Source: Candidatus Latescibacterota bacterium
Lineage (GTDB): Bacteria > Latescibacterota > UBA2968 > UBA8231
DNA: 64,000 nt
NCBI GenBank assembly: GCA_965206595.1
Contig: OZ242214.1
Coordinates: 3,008,001-3,072,000 of the forward strand
Direction of reading: 5' to 3'
In this document: piece after piece, positions 17,618 to 28,478 of the stretch
Layout: each line of letters begins with the position of its first letter
Numbering within the stretch: the first letter of the stretch is position 1
Notes under the pieces: model-generated
What the model was told of the DNA's origin: nothing
The model's input: the letters and a program-made list of their open reading frames with translations, nothing else
Databases searched by the model: none
Made by a program: the position numbers and the translations under genes

Positions 17618-18189
17618 AACCGGTTCCGGTATCCGCATTCCTGATCTGCTGTGTTCTGGCCTGGTCGGCCGCAGCCGAGACGCAAACGGGCCATTCGGCT
17701 TCCCTGGCCTACGACCGGGCGTTGCTGCAGGGGGCGACGCGTTTCGGGGCGCTGGAGCTGGCTTTTCCCAAGGCGTGCGCAGCTTTTCCCGACAGCCTGC
17801 GGCAGGCGGCTGAGGATGGGGCCCATCAGGCCAATCGGCACGGGTTTCAATACCGAATCGAGCACTTCTGCGGCTTCGCGGAGGGGCACACTCTGGTTCT
17901 CAGTCGCATCGTCGATCAGAAGCCGTCCGCGGACTTCGCCTACCTTGCGGGGTACGAGCCGGTGGAGCCCCGTTCCGAGGACGACTATTTGCAGGTGCGA
18001 TCCATGAATTCGGGGGCGGTAGCGCTCCGGGAGTACTCTTTTGTGCGCTCGGGCTTTATCGTCAGGCAGGTCTTCGTCCAGACCCCCGTGGCAGTGTACC
18101 AGCTGGACGTACTCATCCGGAAAGCGTGGACCGGGGTCATGATCAAGACTTACGAGTCCGTGCTTTCTTCCATTCACATCACTCCCTGA
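17614..18189 (+). CDS. Hypothetical exported protein
   Basis: TTG overlaps the upstream TGA; signal-peptide-like KPVPVSAFLICCVLAWSAAA; fills the gap in an apparent operon. Confidence 0.55.
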   Translation: MKPVPVSAFLICCVLAWSAAAETQTGHSASLAYDRALLQGATRFGALELAFPKACAAFPDSLRQAAEDGAHQANRHGFQYRIEHFCGFAEGHTLVLSRIVDQKPSADFAYLAGYEPVEPRSEDDYLQVRSMNSGAVALREYSFVRSGFIVRQVFVQTPVAVYQLDVLIRKAWTGVMIKTYESVLSSIHITP

Positions 18190-18200
18190 TGAGGGATACC

Positions 18201-18485
18201 ATGAAGAAGAAGCTGATCGCCCCGCTGCTGCTGGCTGTTTTCGTCCTGGCCGGCTGCGCCGCCCACATGCACGTGGTGGGCGAGGGAGCGCAAGGGACGG
18301 AAGTGGTAGCCGCACGGCAGTTCTACGTCATCAGCCTGGCGCCGCTCAACGAGGTGGATACGCGCGCCATGGCCGGCGGAGCCGAGGATTACACCATCAA
18401 GACAGCGGCCGGTTTCGTCGACATAGTCATCGCGACGGTCACTGGGGGGATCATCACGTCCCGCAAGGTGGTCGTGGAGAAATAG
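18201..18485 (+). CDS. Small Bor/Iss-like lipoprotein
   Basis: MKKKLIAPLLLAVFVLAGC lipobox; 94 aa; C-terminal FVDIVIATVTGGIITSRKVVV resembles the Bor-family pattern. Confidence 0.65.
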   Translation: MKKKLIAPLLLAVFVLAGCAAHMHVVGEGAQGTEVVAARQFYVISLAPLNEVDTRAMAGGAEDYTIKTAAGFVDIVIATVTGGIITSRKVVVEK

Positions 18486-18506
18486 CCGGACGATGGCGCC
18501 GGTTGT

Positions 18507-18534
18507 GCCGGGCCCTGGGTGACCAGGGCCCGGC
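18507..18534 (+). terminator. GC-rich 12-bp hairpin after the lipoprotein gene (possible terminator or stabiliser)
   Basis: gccgggccctgg-gtga-ccagggcccggc perfect stem; no U-tract follows. Confidence 0.4.
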
Positions 18535-18747
18535 TGGAGTGTGCGGACGAAACAGGCCCTGGATCCGGAGCCGTAGCGGCGAAAGCCCCAGGTGGAGCAA
18601 GAGGACCACGGTGTTTCTACACAAGCATCGACCATTCGTATCCCACGCCCGGTCCGGGGCCGGTCCGTGCGGCCTCGCCTGCTGTCTGCCCCCCACCCCA
18701 GGCAGGCAGCCCAAATGGACTTTTCAACGGGTGGTCAGGAGCGCGAG

Positions 18748-19569
18748 ATGGCAGATAAGAAAAAGGGAGATTCCTCCAAATCCTCCGGCAAGGGCAAGTT
18801 GAGCCGGGAGGGTTACGAGAAGGAGCTGGTCAAACTCCAGATCGAGCTGGCCAAACTGCAGGAATGGATACGCCACGAGGGCCTGAAGGTGATCGTCATC
18901 TTCGAGGGCCGCGACGCCGCCGGCAAGGGGGGCGTCATCCGGCGCATCACCGAGTCGCTCAACCCCCGCATCTGCCGGGTCGTCGCCCTCGGCACCCCCA
19001 CGGAACGCCAGAAGACGCAGTGGTACTTCCAGCGCTACGTCGAGGAGCTTCCGGCCGCGGGTGAGATGGTTCTCTTCGACCGCAGCTGGTACAATCGCGC
19101 CGGTGTCGAGCGGGTGATGGGTTTTTGCACGGAAACAGAAGTGCAGGAATTCTTCCGCACCTGTCCCGAATTCGAGCGCATGCTGGTGCGCTCGGGAATC
19201 ATCCTGATCAAGTACTGGTTCTCCGTTTCCGAGGAGGAGCAGGGACGGCGTTTCAAACAGCGCATCTCCGATCCGACGCGGCGCTGGAAGCTCAGCGGCA
19301 TGGATCTGGAAGCGCGCACCCACTGGGTCGACTACTCGCGCGCCAAGGACGACATGTTCCGCCATACCGACATCAAGCAGGCGCCCTGGTACGTCGTCGA
19401 CGCCAACGACAAGCGCCGCGCCCGCCTCAACTGCATTTCCCACCTGCTGAGCATGATCCCTTACAGGAACGTGCTGCCGGACAAGCTCGAGCTCCCGCCC
19501 ATGCAGCAGGACGACAGTTACGTGCGCCCGCCGGTCGATGAGCAGACCTTCCTGCCCGAGCTGTACTGA
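18748..19569 (+). CDS. ppk2: Polyphosphate kinase 2
   Basis: FEGRDAAGKGG P-loop, QWYFQRY, FDRSWYNRAGVERVMGFC, WKLS; ATG at 18748 after AGGAG. Confidence 0.95.
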   Translation: MADKKKGDSSKSSGKGKLSREGYEKELVKLQIELAKLQEWIRHEGLKVIVIFEGRDAAGKGGVIRRITESLNPRICRVVALGTPTERQKTQWYFQRYVEELPAAGEMVLFDRSWYNRAGVERVMGFCTETEVQEFFRTCPEFERMLVRSGIILIKYWFSVSEEEQGRRFKQRISDPTRRWKLSGMDLEARTHWVDYSRAKDDMFRHTDIKQAPWYVVDANDKRRARLNCISHLLSMIPYRNVLPDKLELPPMQQDDSYVRPPVDEQTFLPELY

Positions 19570-19610
19570 GCAGCCCGATCAGCAAGGAAGACCGATGGCC
19601 AAAACCAGAG

Positions 19611-20990
19611 ATGCAGGAATCGCAGTTTAATATGGTTCTTCGAGCACTCATCCTTGCCCTGATGTTGACGGCGCTGGCTGCGTCGGCAGTCGGACAAGCT
19701 TTCCCCACCGCATCAGCAGAGACTGACACCGGCGAGGTCTACGAGACCAGGCACAGTCACGTTCTCGCCTTCCCGAAATACGTGTGGAATGCCCTGACCT
19801 ACCCGGTCGGGCAGCTCACCATCCGGGCCGAACACAAAGGTCTGTTCGCCAACCGATCGGGTAGAGAGCCGAAGACCTTCGGCCTGCTTCCTTATGGAGT
19901 TCTCGGTGGAGAAATGGGAGGCAACCTTGGTGGGGAGACCGGAATTGCTGGTGGGTTCACCATGTTCCATTCCAATTTGTTCGGGCGTGGAAACGGATTC
20001 TCCGCACGTTTGATCGCCAACCGCTCCAATTTCAGCGGGCACGTCCGTTTTGAAGACCCGGGGATCGGCGGCGGTCCATGGTACTGGAATGCGTCTGTCG
20101 AAGCGCTGGATACGAGGAACAAGGGGGCCACCATCAACGGCCGACTGCGTGGTTCCGGGTCGCGGCTCGATTACAAGCAGCGCGACTCGAGGATTACCCT
20201 CGGGCGCCATTCCAATTACGGCGAAACCGAAGGCTATGAACCGGATACCATTGTGGAACTCCGGCTGTCTCACGGCTTCCGCCAGTTTGACGATATCGAC
20301 CGCCTGCCCAGCGACATTGTCGGGGCGAACGAGGCCATCAACCTGTTCTCCGTAGGCGGCCGGGTGGCCTTCGACGACCGGGACTTCAAGCCCCCGACCG
20401 CCTCGATCAGCCACCCCCTGAACTACCAGCTGCCCGGGCGGGTCCTGCTTTTCGCGGAGGGTCTTTACTACAGCTTTCGCGACACCGCCTTCCCCGAGCA
20501 CGGCGGACTCGCCCGGATCGAGGCCGATTACGTAGCCGGCTCCGGGAACGTTCGGTACCTCCACTACGCAGCCGGGCTCCAACGCTTCTTCACCCTTTTT
20601 TTCAAAAACCGGATTCTTGCCTTGCGGGCCAGGCTCGACAAGACACACGCCCTGGGAGACGACAGCATCATCCCGTATTCGGACCTGGCCACCCTAGGCG
20701 GCACTCACCGGTTGCGAGGGTACCGGCGGGGTTCCTTCCGCGGCGAAGGCACCCTGCTGTTCAGCGCCGAATACCGCTACCCGATCCGGGACACCTGGAA
20801 CGCCTTCCTGTTCTGGGACGAAGGGCAAGTCTTTGACCAGTACGGAGACCTCGGACTGAACCAGTTCGAGTACAGTTTCGGGGCCGGCATCAGCGTGCGC
20901 ACGGAGCGCGCCTTCTTGTTCGGGTTGCGCATCGCCCGCAGCAAGGAGGAGGAGGCATCGGCCGGCTTCTCGCTGGAGAAGGAGTTCTGA
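19611..20990 (+). CDS. Omp85/BamA-TamA family outer-membrane protein without evident POTRA domains
   Basis: Signal peptide; LGGTHRLRGY (VRGF/Y lid motif), SAEYRYPI, FWDEGQVF, SFGAGISV; terminal F. Confidence 0.8.
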   Translation: MQESQFNMVLRALILALMLTALAASAVGQAFPTASAETDTGEVYETRHSHVLAFPKYVWNALTYPVGQLTIRAEHKGLFANRSGREPKTFGLLPYGVLGGEMGGNLGGETGIAGGFTMFHSNLFGRGNGFSARLIANRSNFSGHVRFEDPGIGGGPWYWNASVEALDTRNKGATINGRLRGSGSRLDYKQRDSRITLGRHSNYGETEGYEPDTIVELRLSHGFRQFDDIDRLPSDIVGANEAINLFSVGGRVAFDDRDFKPPTASISHPLNYQLPGRVLLFAEGLYYSFRDTAFPEHGGLARIEADYVAGSGNVRYLHYAAGLQRFFTLFFKNRILALRARLDKTHALGDDSIIPYSDLATLGGTHRLRGYRRGSFRGEGTLLFSAEYRYPIRDTWNAFLFWDEGQVFDQYGDLGLNQFEYSFGAGISVRTERAFLFGLRIARSKEEEASAGFSLEKEF

Positions 20991-21126
20991 TGAGTTCCCT
21001 GCTGACTGCCCTTTCGGGTCCACTGGCCCTTGGCCGGTTGTCCACACTTTTTTCCCTTCCGCGTGCATCGCCCACTTCCGGTAGACCGCCTGACACTATC
21101 CACCCTCGCCAGAAAACGGTTCGCTC

Positions 21127-22593
21127 GTGAAAACCATCTTCATCATCCTCGACTCCCTGAACCGCCACTACCTCCCCAGCTACGGCCCCTCCTGGGTGCA
21201 CACCCCCAACATCGACCGTCTGGCGCGGCGGGGGCTGGTGTTCGACCGCCACTACAGCTGCTCCCTGCCCTGCATGCCGGCGCGGCGCGACCTGTACACA
21301 GGGCACGCCGGTTTCCTCGAGACGCCCTGGAGCCCGCTGCAGCCCTGGGACGACACCCTGCAGGCGGAGCTGCGGCGCCAGCGGCAGACCTACAGCCACC
21401 TCATCACCGACCACTACCACTACTTCCACAGCGGCGGCGAATTCTACCACGTCCAGTTCGACAGCTGGGAGTTCGTGCGCGGCCAGGAGCGGGACGTGTG
21501 GCGGCCCCTGGTCGACCTGCCGCCGCCGCCGCCCCACCTCGGCAAGTCGCAGCGCGGGTACTGGGCCAACCGCACCTTCGCCGAAACCGAGAACGACGAG
21601 GACTACCCCACCCCGCAGTGCTTCGCCCGCGCCATCGAGTTCCTCGACGCCAACCACGGCGCCGACAACTGGCATCTGCACCTCGAGTGCTTCGACCCGC
21701 ACGAGCCCTTCGCCTGCCCTGCGAAGTACCGCGAGCTCTACGACGACACCTGGGACGGCGAGCACTTCGACTGGCCGGAGTATGCGCCGGTGAGCGAGAG
21801 CCCCGAGGCGGTCGAGCATATCCGCAAGGCGTACGCCGGCACCCTGACCATGGCCGACGCCTGGCTCGGCAGGTTCCTCGACCGGATGGACGAACTGAAC
21901 ATGTGGGAGGATACCGCGGTCGTCATCAGCACCGATCACGGGCATCTGCTCGGCGAGCACGGGTACTGGGCCAAGAACTACATGCTCGACTACGAGGAGC
22001 TGGTGCACATACCCCTCATCGTCTGCGCTCCCGGGATCGGGCACCGGCGCGTGCCGGCGCTGACCTCGGCTCTCGATCTGATGCCGACCTTCATGGAGCT
22101 GCACCGCGGGGAGCTGCCGCCGAACGTGCAGGGACGCTCCCTCTGCCACCTGCTGCAGGGGGATGAAAGCCACCACGACGCCGTGCTCTTCGGCTACTTC
22201 GGCAAGGACATCAACCTCACCGACGGCCACTACAGCTACTGCCGGCAGCCGCTGCCCGGCTCCTTCGCCTACAACCACGCCGCGGTCCTGTGCACCTCAC
22301 CCGACCCCGGCAGGATGGGCAATCCCCTGCACCAGCGGGAAGAGCTCGCCGCGGCGGAGCACGGCCTGTTTCTGCCGCACACCTGCGGCATTCCCCACCT
22401 GCGCCTGAAGACGCCGTCGCACCGGCACCACAACGCCCCCGACTTCAACCCGATCTACGATCTCGAGGCCGACCCGCGGCAGGAGAGCCCGGTCCGGGAC
22501 GGCCGGCTGGAGGAGGAGCTGGCCGGGAAGATGAGGGAGCTGCTGCGGCGCTACGGGGCCCCGGAAAGCGAGTTCCGGCGGGTGGGGCTGTAG
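21127..22593 (+). CDS. Sulfatase (Cys-type, formylglycine-dependent)
   Basis: IILDSL, TPNIDRLA, CMPARR (CxPxR), FDPHEPF, STDHG. Confidence 0.93.
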   Translation: MKTIFIILDSLNRHYLPSYGPSWVHTPNIDRLARRGLVFDRHYSCSLPCMPARRDLYTGHAGFLETPWSPLQPWDDTLQAELRRQRQTYSHLITDHYHYFHSGGEFYHVQFDSWEFVRGQERDVWRPLVDLPPPPPHLGKSQRGYWANRTFAETENDEDYPTPQCFARAIEFLDANHGADNWHLHLECFDPHEPFACPAKYRELYDDTWDGEHFDWPEYAPVSESPEAVEHIRKAYAGTLTMADAWLGRFLDRMDELNMWEDTAVVISTDHGHLLGEHGYWAKNYMLDYEELVHIPLIVCAPGIGHRRVPALTSALDLMPTFMELHRGELPPNVQGRSLCHLLQGDESHHDAVLFGYFGKDINLTDGHYSYCRQPLPGSFAYNHAAVLCTSPDPGRMGNPLHQREELAAAEHGLFLPHTCGIPHLRLKTPSHRHHNAPDFNPIYDLEADPRQESPVRDGRLEEELAGKMRELLRRYGAPESEFRRVGL

Positions 22594-22726
22594 CGGGCGG
22601 GGATACAAGTGGCTGGGTCCGCCACTTCAGAAAGCATCTCCTGACGAAACCTTATCTTAGAAGATTGCTTTCGAAACCAGGGGCACTGGTATTCCGGAGA
22701 ATTCCCCACATACAGTTAGAGGATTG

Positions 22727-24595
22727 ATGACCCAGACCGAATCCGCAACGCAAGACGCGGTGCAAACGGCACCCCACACCTCCATCCGCAACGTCGCCAT
22801 TATCGCCCACGTCGACCACGGCAAAACCACCCTGGTCGACGGCATGCTCAAACAGAGCAATGTCTTCCAGGCGCACCAGCAAGTCGCCGACCGCATCCTC
22901 GACTCCAACGATCTCGAGCGCGAGCGGGGCATCACGATCCTGGCCAAAAACACGGGCATCGTCTACGACGGCACGACCATCAATATCGTCGACACCCCCG
23001 GGCACACCGATTTCGGCGGTGAAGTCGAGCGCATCATGAACATGGTCGACGGCGTGGTGTTGCTCATCGACGCCGTCGAGGGACCGATGCCGCAGACGCG
23101 CTTCGTCCTCAAGCAAGCGCTGGAGCGCGGACACAAGGCCATCGTCGTCGTCAACAAGATCGACCGGCCCGCCGCCCGCCCCGACGCAGTGGTCGACGCC
23201 ACCTTCGATCTGTTTAACGACCTCGGGGCCAGCGACCAACAGGCCGACTTCCCCGTGGTTTACACCCGGGCCCTGGAGGGCCGCGCCGGACTCGCACCCG
23301 ATCGGCTGGCCGAAAACCTGGTCCCCTTGTTCGATGCCATCGTCGGCCACCTCCCCCCGCCGCAGATCGCAATAGACGGTCCGCCGCAGTTATTGGTCAC
23401 GACCTTGGAGCATAGCTCGTATGTCGGCAAGATCGGCGTCGGCCGTTTGAGCAGCGGTTCGCTGGCCGCCGGTCAGGCGATCATGCACATCGACGCCGAA
23501 GGCGAGATGCAGCCGGCCACGGTCGGACAGGTTTTCGTCTTCCGCAACCTCAAACGCGAGCCGGTCGAGCAAGTCCACGCCGGCAATATCGTCGCCGTCT
23601 CCGGCGTGCCCGCCATCGGTATCGGGGATACGTTGACCTGCCCGGAGCGACCGCTGGCGCTGCCGCCGATCAAAGTCGAAGAGCCTACGGTACGCATGGT
23701 CTTCAAGGTCAACGACAGCCCCTTCGCCGGGCGCGAGGGCCGCTTCGTGACCAGCCGCGAACTGCGCACACGGCTTTTCGACGAGTTGGAGAGCAATGTC
23801 GCGCTGCGCGTGGAGGACCTGGATCGTTCGGGCGAGTTTGTCGTGTCCGGCCGCGGCGAGTTGCACCTGGCCATCCTGATCGAGACCATGCGGCGCGAGG
23901 GCTACGAGCTGGCGGTGAGCAACCCCGAGGTCATCTTTCGCCCGAGTGCGCGAGGTATCCTCGAACCCGTCGAGCGGGTCTTTATCGAGGTGCTTGTCGA
24001 GTATCTGGGGCCGGTCAGCGAAATACTCGGCAAAAGGCGCGGGCGGCTGCAGGACATCCGCCACGGCGATGACGGCGTAGTCTACGCCGAATTTCTGGTT
24101 CCCACCCGCGGAGTTCTGGGGTTTCGCCAGCCCTACATGAATACCACGCGCGGTACGGGAACCTTCAACACGCTCTTCCACGATTACGAGCCGGTGACCG
24201 GGGAGATCGACGTGCAGGAGCACGGCTCGCTCATCTCACACGAGCACGGCACCGTCAGCGCCTATGCCCTGGAGCATCTGCAGCAGCGCGGCACTTTTTT
24301 CATCCGTCCCGGGGAGGAAGTCTACGCCGGTCAAGTCGTCGGCCAGACCATCCGCAACGAAGACCTGGTCGTCAACGTCTGCCGCACGAAACACCTGACC
24401 GGCCACCGCGCTACGCCCAAGGCCATAATGGATTCACTCTCACCCCCGCGCATCCTGACGCTCGACGAGGCGATAGAATACCTGGACAACGACGAGCTCC
24501 TGGAAGTGACGCCCAAGGCCTTGCGCCTGCGCAAGAGAGAGCTGCAACACAGCCTGCGCTACCGCGCCGAAAAGAACGCCAGGAAAGAAGGATAG
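22727..24595 (+). CDS. typA: Translational GTPase TypA/BipA
   Basis: [77 protein letters not shown]. Confidence 0.97.
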   Translation: MTQTESATQDAVQTAPHTSIRNVAIIAHVDHGKTTLVDGMLKQSNVFQAHQQVADRILDSNDLERERGITILAKNTGIVYDGTTINIVDTPGHTDFGGEVERIMNMVDGVVLLIDAVEGPMPQTRFVLKQALERGHKAIVVVNKIDRPAARPDAVVDATFDLFNDLGASDQQADFPVVYTRALEGRAGLAPDRLAENLVPLFDAIVGHLPPPQIAIDGPPQLLVTTLEHSSYVGKIGVGRLSSGSLAAGQAIMHIDAEGEMQPATVGQVFVFRNLKREPVEQVHAGNIVAVSGVPAIGIGDTLTCPERPLALPPIKVEEPTVRMVFKVNDSPFAGREGRFVTSRELRTRLFDELESNVALRVEDLDRSGEFVVSGRGELHLAILIETMRREGYELAVSNPEVIFRPSARGILEPVERVFIEVLVEYLGPVSEILGKRRGRLQDIRHGDDGVVYAEFLVPTRGVLGFRQPYMNTTRGTGTFNTLFHDYEPVTGEIDVQEHGSLISHEHGTVSAYALEHLQQRGTFFIRPGEEVYAGQVVGQTIRNEDLVVNVCRTKHLTGHRATPKAIMDSLSPPRILTLDEAIEYLDNDELLEVTPKALRLRKRELQHSLRYRAEKNARKEG

Positions 24596-24625
24596 ACCCC
24601 CTCGCCCGGGGCCGCCCCCTGAGCG

Positions 24626-25373
24626 TCAGCTTCCCCGCCTTTCCCGCCAGTACCCCTCCAGGCCGTCCCGCGGCTCCCACCCGAGAAGGCGCCGGGCCTT
24701 GCCGGCCCGTACCTGGTCCTGCGGCAGGTCCGCGGTGATGAAGAACGCCTCGCATCTCGACGGCAGCGCCTCGAGATCGGCCTTGAGGGCGCAGCGGACC
24801 GCGGCGGCCGCGTCCGGGAAGGTGACGGGCGAACGGGTTCATCCGGGCCTGCGGCGCGCCGGCAGGGTGCGGCTCGCAGAAGCGGGAGAAGATCAGCGTC
24901 AGGAGGTGGATCGGGTGCTGTTCGGAAAACAGGCGGCAGATCTCGTGGCCCAGCGACTTGCTGAGCGCGTACAGCCCGGTTCCCGGGTGCGGCGGAATCT
25001 CCTCGACGATGCCGAAGTCCCGGTCGAGGTAGCGGGGCCCGGCGAGGGTGAACCGGGGGCCGGTGTTGACGAAGCGGCGGTGCCCGGCCTCGACCGCGGC
25101 CCTGAGCGCGTTCCAGGTGCCGCGCGTGTTGACGTCGAAGGCGCCGCGGCGGTCCCGCCGCGACACCGAGCAGTTGACGATGGCGTCGGTCCCCTCGGCC
25201 GCGGCCCGCACCTGCCGGTAGTCGGCGGCGTCGACCTGCATGGTCTCGTGCGGGCCGGAGACCGGGACCACGTCGGTGACGCGCAGGTCGCAGTCCCTTT
25301 CCAGCTCCCGGACGACGTGCGGTCCGAGGTAGCCGTTGCCGCCGAGAAGGAGAATTCGCGGCCTACCCGGCAA
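24626..25373 (-). pseudogene. NAD-dependent epimerase/dehydratase with a single-base frameshift (pseudogene or sequencing error)
   Basis: GGNGYLG Rossmann motif and YALSK. Removing one base of the GGG at 24827-24829 restores VTFPDAAAAVRCAL...KARRLLGWEP and a stop at 24626. Confidence 0.8.
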
Positions 25374-26613
25374 AGGCGACTCCTCCCCTGCCCTCGAGCC
25401 CGGCGTAGCGCCGGGCGAACCCGGCGCTGCCGTCGTCGTCGATCACCTCGAGGCTGGAGCCGGCCTCGAAGATCGGCAGCCCGGCCTGCCGGTAGCGCCC
25501 GTGGAAGGCGCTGCGGTTACCGGCGATCTCGACGATCTCGCCCCCTGCCCGCGTGTAGCGGTAGACGTGGCGGGGCTCCTTCACCGTCGTGTAGTCGACG
25601 GCGTATTTCTCGATCGCGGCCTCGTCGATCTCGACGCCGAGCCCGGGTCCTTCGGGAACCGGGTAATAGCCGCCCCTCACCTGGAGCGGGGTTTCGAGCA
25701 GCTGGGACTCGTAGATGTTCATGCAGGTTATCGCCGGCCACCGCGCCTCGCTGCAAACGGCGCCGACGTGGGCTGCCCAGGCGGTGGTCAGGCCGGAGCC
25801 GACCAGCTGCAGCCAGAACGGCTTGTTGGCGGCCGCGACGACCGCCTGCTGTTTCATCATCTGCGCGGCCCCGCCCCCGATGATGAGGCCGTCGGCGATG
25901 TCGTCGCGCAGCACCGTCATGATCGCGGGCCGGTCCACGTGCATCGCCACGGGCCGGTCGATCCGGGTGCGGATCTGCCGGTTTCCGGCGACGTCCTCCT
26001 GAGGGATCGGGGTCTCGATCATCGCTACCTGCTCGTACTGCTCCAGGGACTTCAGCAGGGGCACGGCGTTGGCGGAGTTGACGAGGTGGCCGTTGAAGTC
26101 GAGGTCGAGCCGGAACTGCGGCGGGATCACCTGCCCCACCGCCTCGATGCAGGCGTGCAGGTCCTGCCAGGGCCGTGTCTTCAGCTTGGCAGACATGTAG
26201 CCCCGGGCCACCGCGGTCTCGCACTGCCGCGCCCAGTCCTCCGGCCCCATGTCGCAGGTCCACCAGGAGATCGGGCACCAGTCGCGGACCCGGGGGCCGA
26301 GCAGGTCGCTGACCGGGACGTTCTCGTTTCTCGCCACCGCGTCGAACAGGGCGATCTGGACGCCGCAGCCGAGGCCGTCGTCCCAGAGCAGCGAGGCGGC
26401 TTCCCGGCCGAGGATGCGCTCCTCGATGTCGTCGGGGACGCGGGCATGGGTGGCGTTGAGGATGGTCTCCCCCCAGCCGGCGACGCCGTTGTCCAGGGTC
26501 AGCCGGCATAGCTGGACGATCCGCCACGGGGAGATCCAGTGCTGCAGGTGCCGGCCGGCGTCGGCTTCGAACGGCACCTCGAGGTGAATGAGCTCGACAC
26601 GGGCCACCTTCAT
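25363..26613 (-). CDS. Mandelate racemase/muconate lactonizing enzyme (enolase superfamily)
   Basis: ATG at 26613 after AGGAGG; KLK motif, DFN, ETP, VPEGPGLGVEID. Confidence 0.88.
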   Translation of the reverse strand: MKVARVELIHLEVPFEADAGRHLQHWISPWRIVQLCRLTLDNGVAGWGETILNATHARVPDDIEERILGREAASLLWDDGLGCGVQIALFDAVARNENVPVSDLLGPRVRDWCPISWWTCDMGPEDWARQCETAVARGYMSAKLKTRPWQDLHACIEAVGQVIPPQFRLDLDFNGHLVNSANAVPLLKSLEQYEQVAMIETPIPQEDVAGNRQIRTRIDRPVAMHVDRPAIMTVLRDDIADGLIIGGGAAQMMKQQAVVAAANKPFWLQLVGSGLTTAWAAHVGAVCSEARWPAITCMNIYESQLLETPLQVRGGYYPVPEGPGLGVEIDEAAIEKYAVDYTTVKEPRHVYRYTRAGGEIVEIAGNRSAFHGRYRQAGLPIFEAGSSLEVIDDDGSAGFARRYAGLEGRGGVAFAG

Positions 26614-26818
26614 TTGGGTCCTCCTGTCGCTTCGGTAACTGCGGGACGGGTCGGGATCGGGCAGACGGATTGCCACCCCCTGTCCAAGCCCGGGCCAAAT
26701 GTACGCAACCGATGCCGGAAGACCGGATTTACCCGGAAAGGTCCGTGTCCCTTTCGATGGTCTCCTGCTCGAGCAGTTCAGGCCAACCGGGACGCAAACT
26801 CCCAAAAGGGATTATGGA

Positions 26819-28090
26819 TCACTTTGCCTGTCTGCGGAAAAGTCTGGTCCCCAGCCCGACAATAAGCGCGACGTCATTAACCTCTTCATTGAACCATCGC
26901 CGATACTGTCCTTCCGCCCGTAAGACGAGGGCAGATCCCAGACACCACCGATAACCCAGACCGGCTCCGGCAGAGAAATCGGTCTCGGACTCACCATCAC
27001 TGGATACTGTCACTAGAGCACCAAGCCCTAGTAAATAGGGACCGGACATCGTGTTGGTTCCCAGAGAGAATGTGCTCCGACCTCCAAGGTAAAGAGAGGT
27101 GATGCCATCTCCATCTGATGAAGCGTTTCCAAAACTGAATTCCGGGCCAATGGACAGCTTTTCACTCGGAAACCACAAAACGTAAAGCGAGGGAATGAAA
27201 TAGGGACGGTGTGCGGGGTGGAGAAACAGATAGTTTGGTGCAGCAGGCACCCCAATATGAGTAAAAGTAACAGTCTCAGAATTACCGAACCAATTAAAAT
27301 TCAGGACGCGGCGGGAAAGTCCAAACATCGTTCCAATTTCGACCTCGGGGGCCGAGGAATTCTTTTGGAGACCAACGCGCCCTGCCCGAGTTCCCACCCC
27401 GAGAAGGAACGAGAAGTCATTAACCTCGTCATCGAACCAGAGCCGATACCGTCCTTCCGTCCGCAGGATTAAATCAGATCCCAGACGCCACTGATATCCT
27501 AGACCGGCTCCGACAGAGAAATCGGAGTCGGAGTCGGAGTAGAAACCATCTATGAACAATAAAGCACCGTGCCCCATAATGTAGGAGCTTGACCTTGCGT
27601 TGCTTTGCAGAAAGAATGCACCCCGACCTCCGAGATGAAGAGAGGTGATGCCATCTCCATCTGCTGAAACGCGTCCAAAACTGAATTCCGGGCCAATGGC
27701 CAGCTGCTCATTCGGAAACCACGAAACGTACAGCGAAGGATTCCCAAAGAATGCAAGCGGCGCACCTGGCACCCCGGTAATTGTGAACCCGTCGCCATTG
27801 GAAGAAAGATGGGAAAGTCCGAACAGCGTGCCGATTTCGACACCGGTAGCCCCATCTTCCGTCTTCATCACAGGTTCCTTGACCATTTTGGGGATCTCGT
27901 TCATCGCATAGACCAATACCCTGCCGTCAGCCGTTTGTATCTTCAGCGATTCGCCTGGAATCTGCTCGACGATGGTTCCCCAAACGGTTTCTCCATTCTT
28001 CAAGTAAATAACATCTTCGGTCTCCTGGGCCAACAGCGGTTCGGTCACTAAAAAAGCGTTCAAGCAGGAAACCAGGAATAACCGCAGCAT
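26819..28090 (-). CDS. Outer-membrane protein with an N-terminal DVIYLKNG domain and two tandem small beta-barrel repeats
   Basis: RBS AAGGAGG; signal peptide; duplicated VEIGTxFGLS...PSLYVxWFP...IGPEFSFG...DGDGITSLxLGGR...DFSxGAGLGYxW...LRxEGxYR. Confidence 0.8.
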   Translation of the reverse strand: MLRLFLVSCLNAFLVTEPLLAQETEDVIYLKNGETVWGTIVEQIPGESLKIQTADGRVLVYAMNEIPKMVKEPVMKTEDGATGVEIGTLFGLSHLSSNGDGFTITGVPGAPLAFFGNPSLYVSWFPNEQLAIGPEFSFGRVSADGDGITSLHLGGRGAFFLQSNARSSSYIMGHGALLFIDGFYSDSDSDFSVGAGLGYQWRLGSDLILRTEGRYRLWFDDEVNDFSFLLGVGTRAGRVGLQKNSSAPEVEIGTMFGLSRRVLNFNWFGNSETVTFTHIGVPAAPNYLFLHPAHRPYFIPSLYVLWFPSEKLSIGPEFSFGNASSDGDGITSLYLGGRSTFSLGTNTMSGPYLLGLGALVTVSSDGESETDFSAGAGLGYRWCLGSALVLRAEGQYRRWFNEEVNDVALIVGLGTRLFRRQAK

Positions 28091-28478
28091 GATCGCCCTC
28101 CTTCAAAGGGTTGCACCAGTCAGGGGCATGGTTCTGTCCTCCGTTAGTGATGTTAAAAACTATCTTTAAAGCGGACAGGGAGTGTCCGTTGCCAGAAATT
28201 AATTCTCGTCGTACGCCTCGGGGAAAACAAAAACGCCAGAAAGAATTTGGTGACCGTATCAATCCTCTCCGGCGTTTACGCCGCAATTCCTGGTCCCCGG
28301 GCCCGGGTCGCGGCGGCATCGTGCCGTCAAACCGCTTGTTGAGCCGCCCTTGGGGACCTCGGTTCGAGCGCTCTGTCCTGCGATCAACGGAGCGGCTTTG
28401 CCACCGAGTCTGAATGACTACGGATGCCGCCATCGATGACTCCATTCACTCGGTGCGGCATATCCGCCAGGGAAAGAT

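Noticed and set aside
24820-24835. Programmed ribosomal frameshifting at the broken genes
   Set aside because: No slippery heptamer or evident stimulatory structure at any of the three sites; error or decay is simpler.
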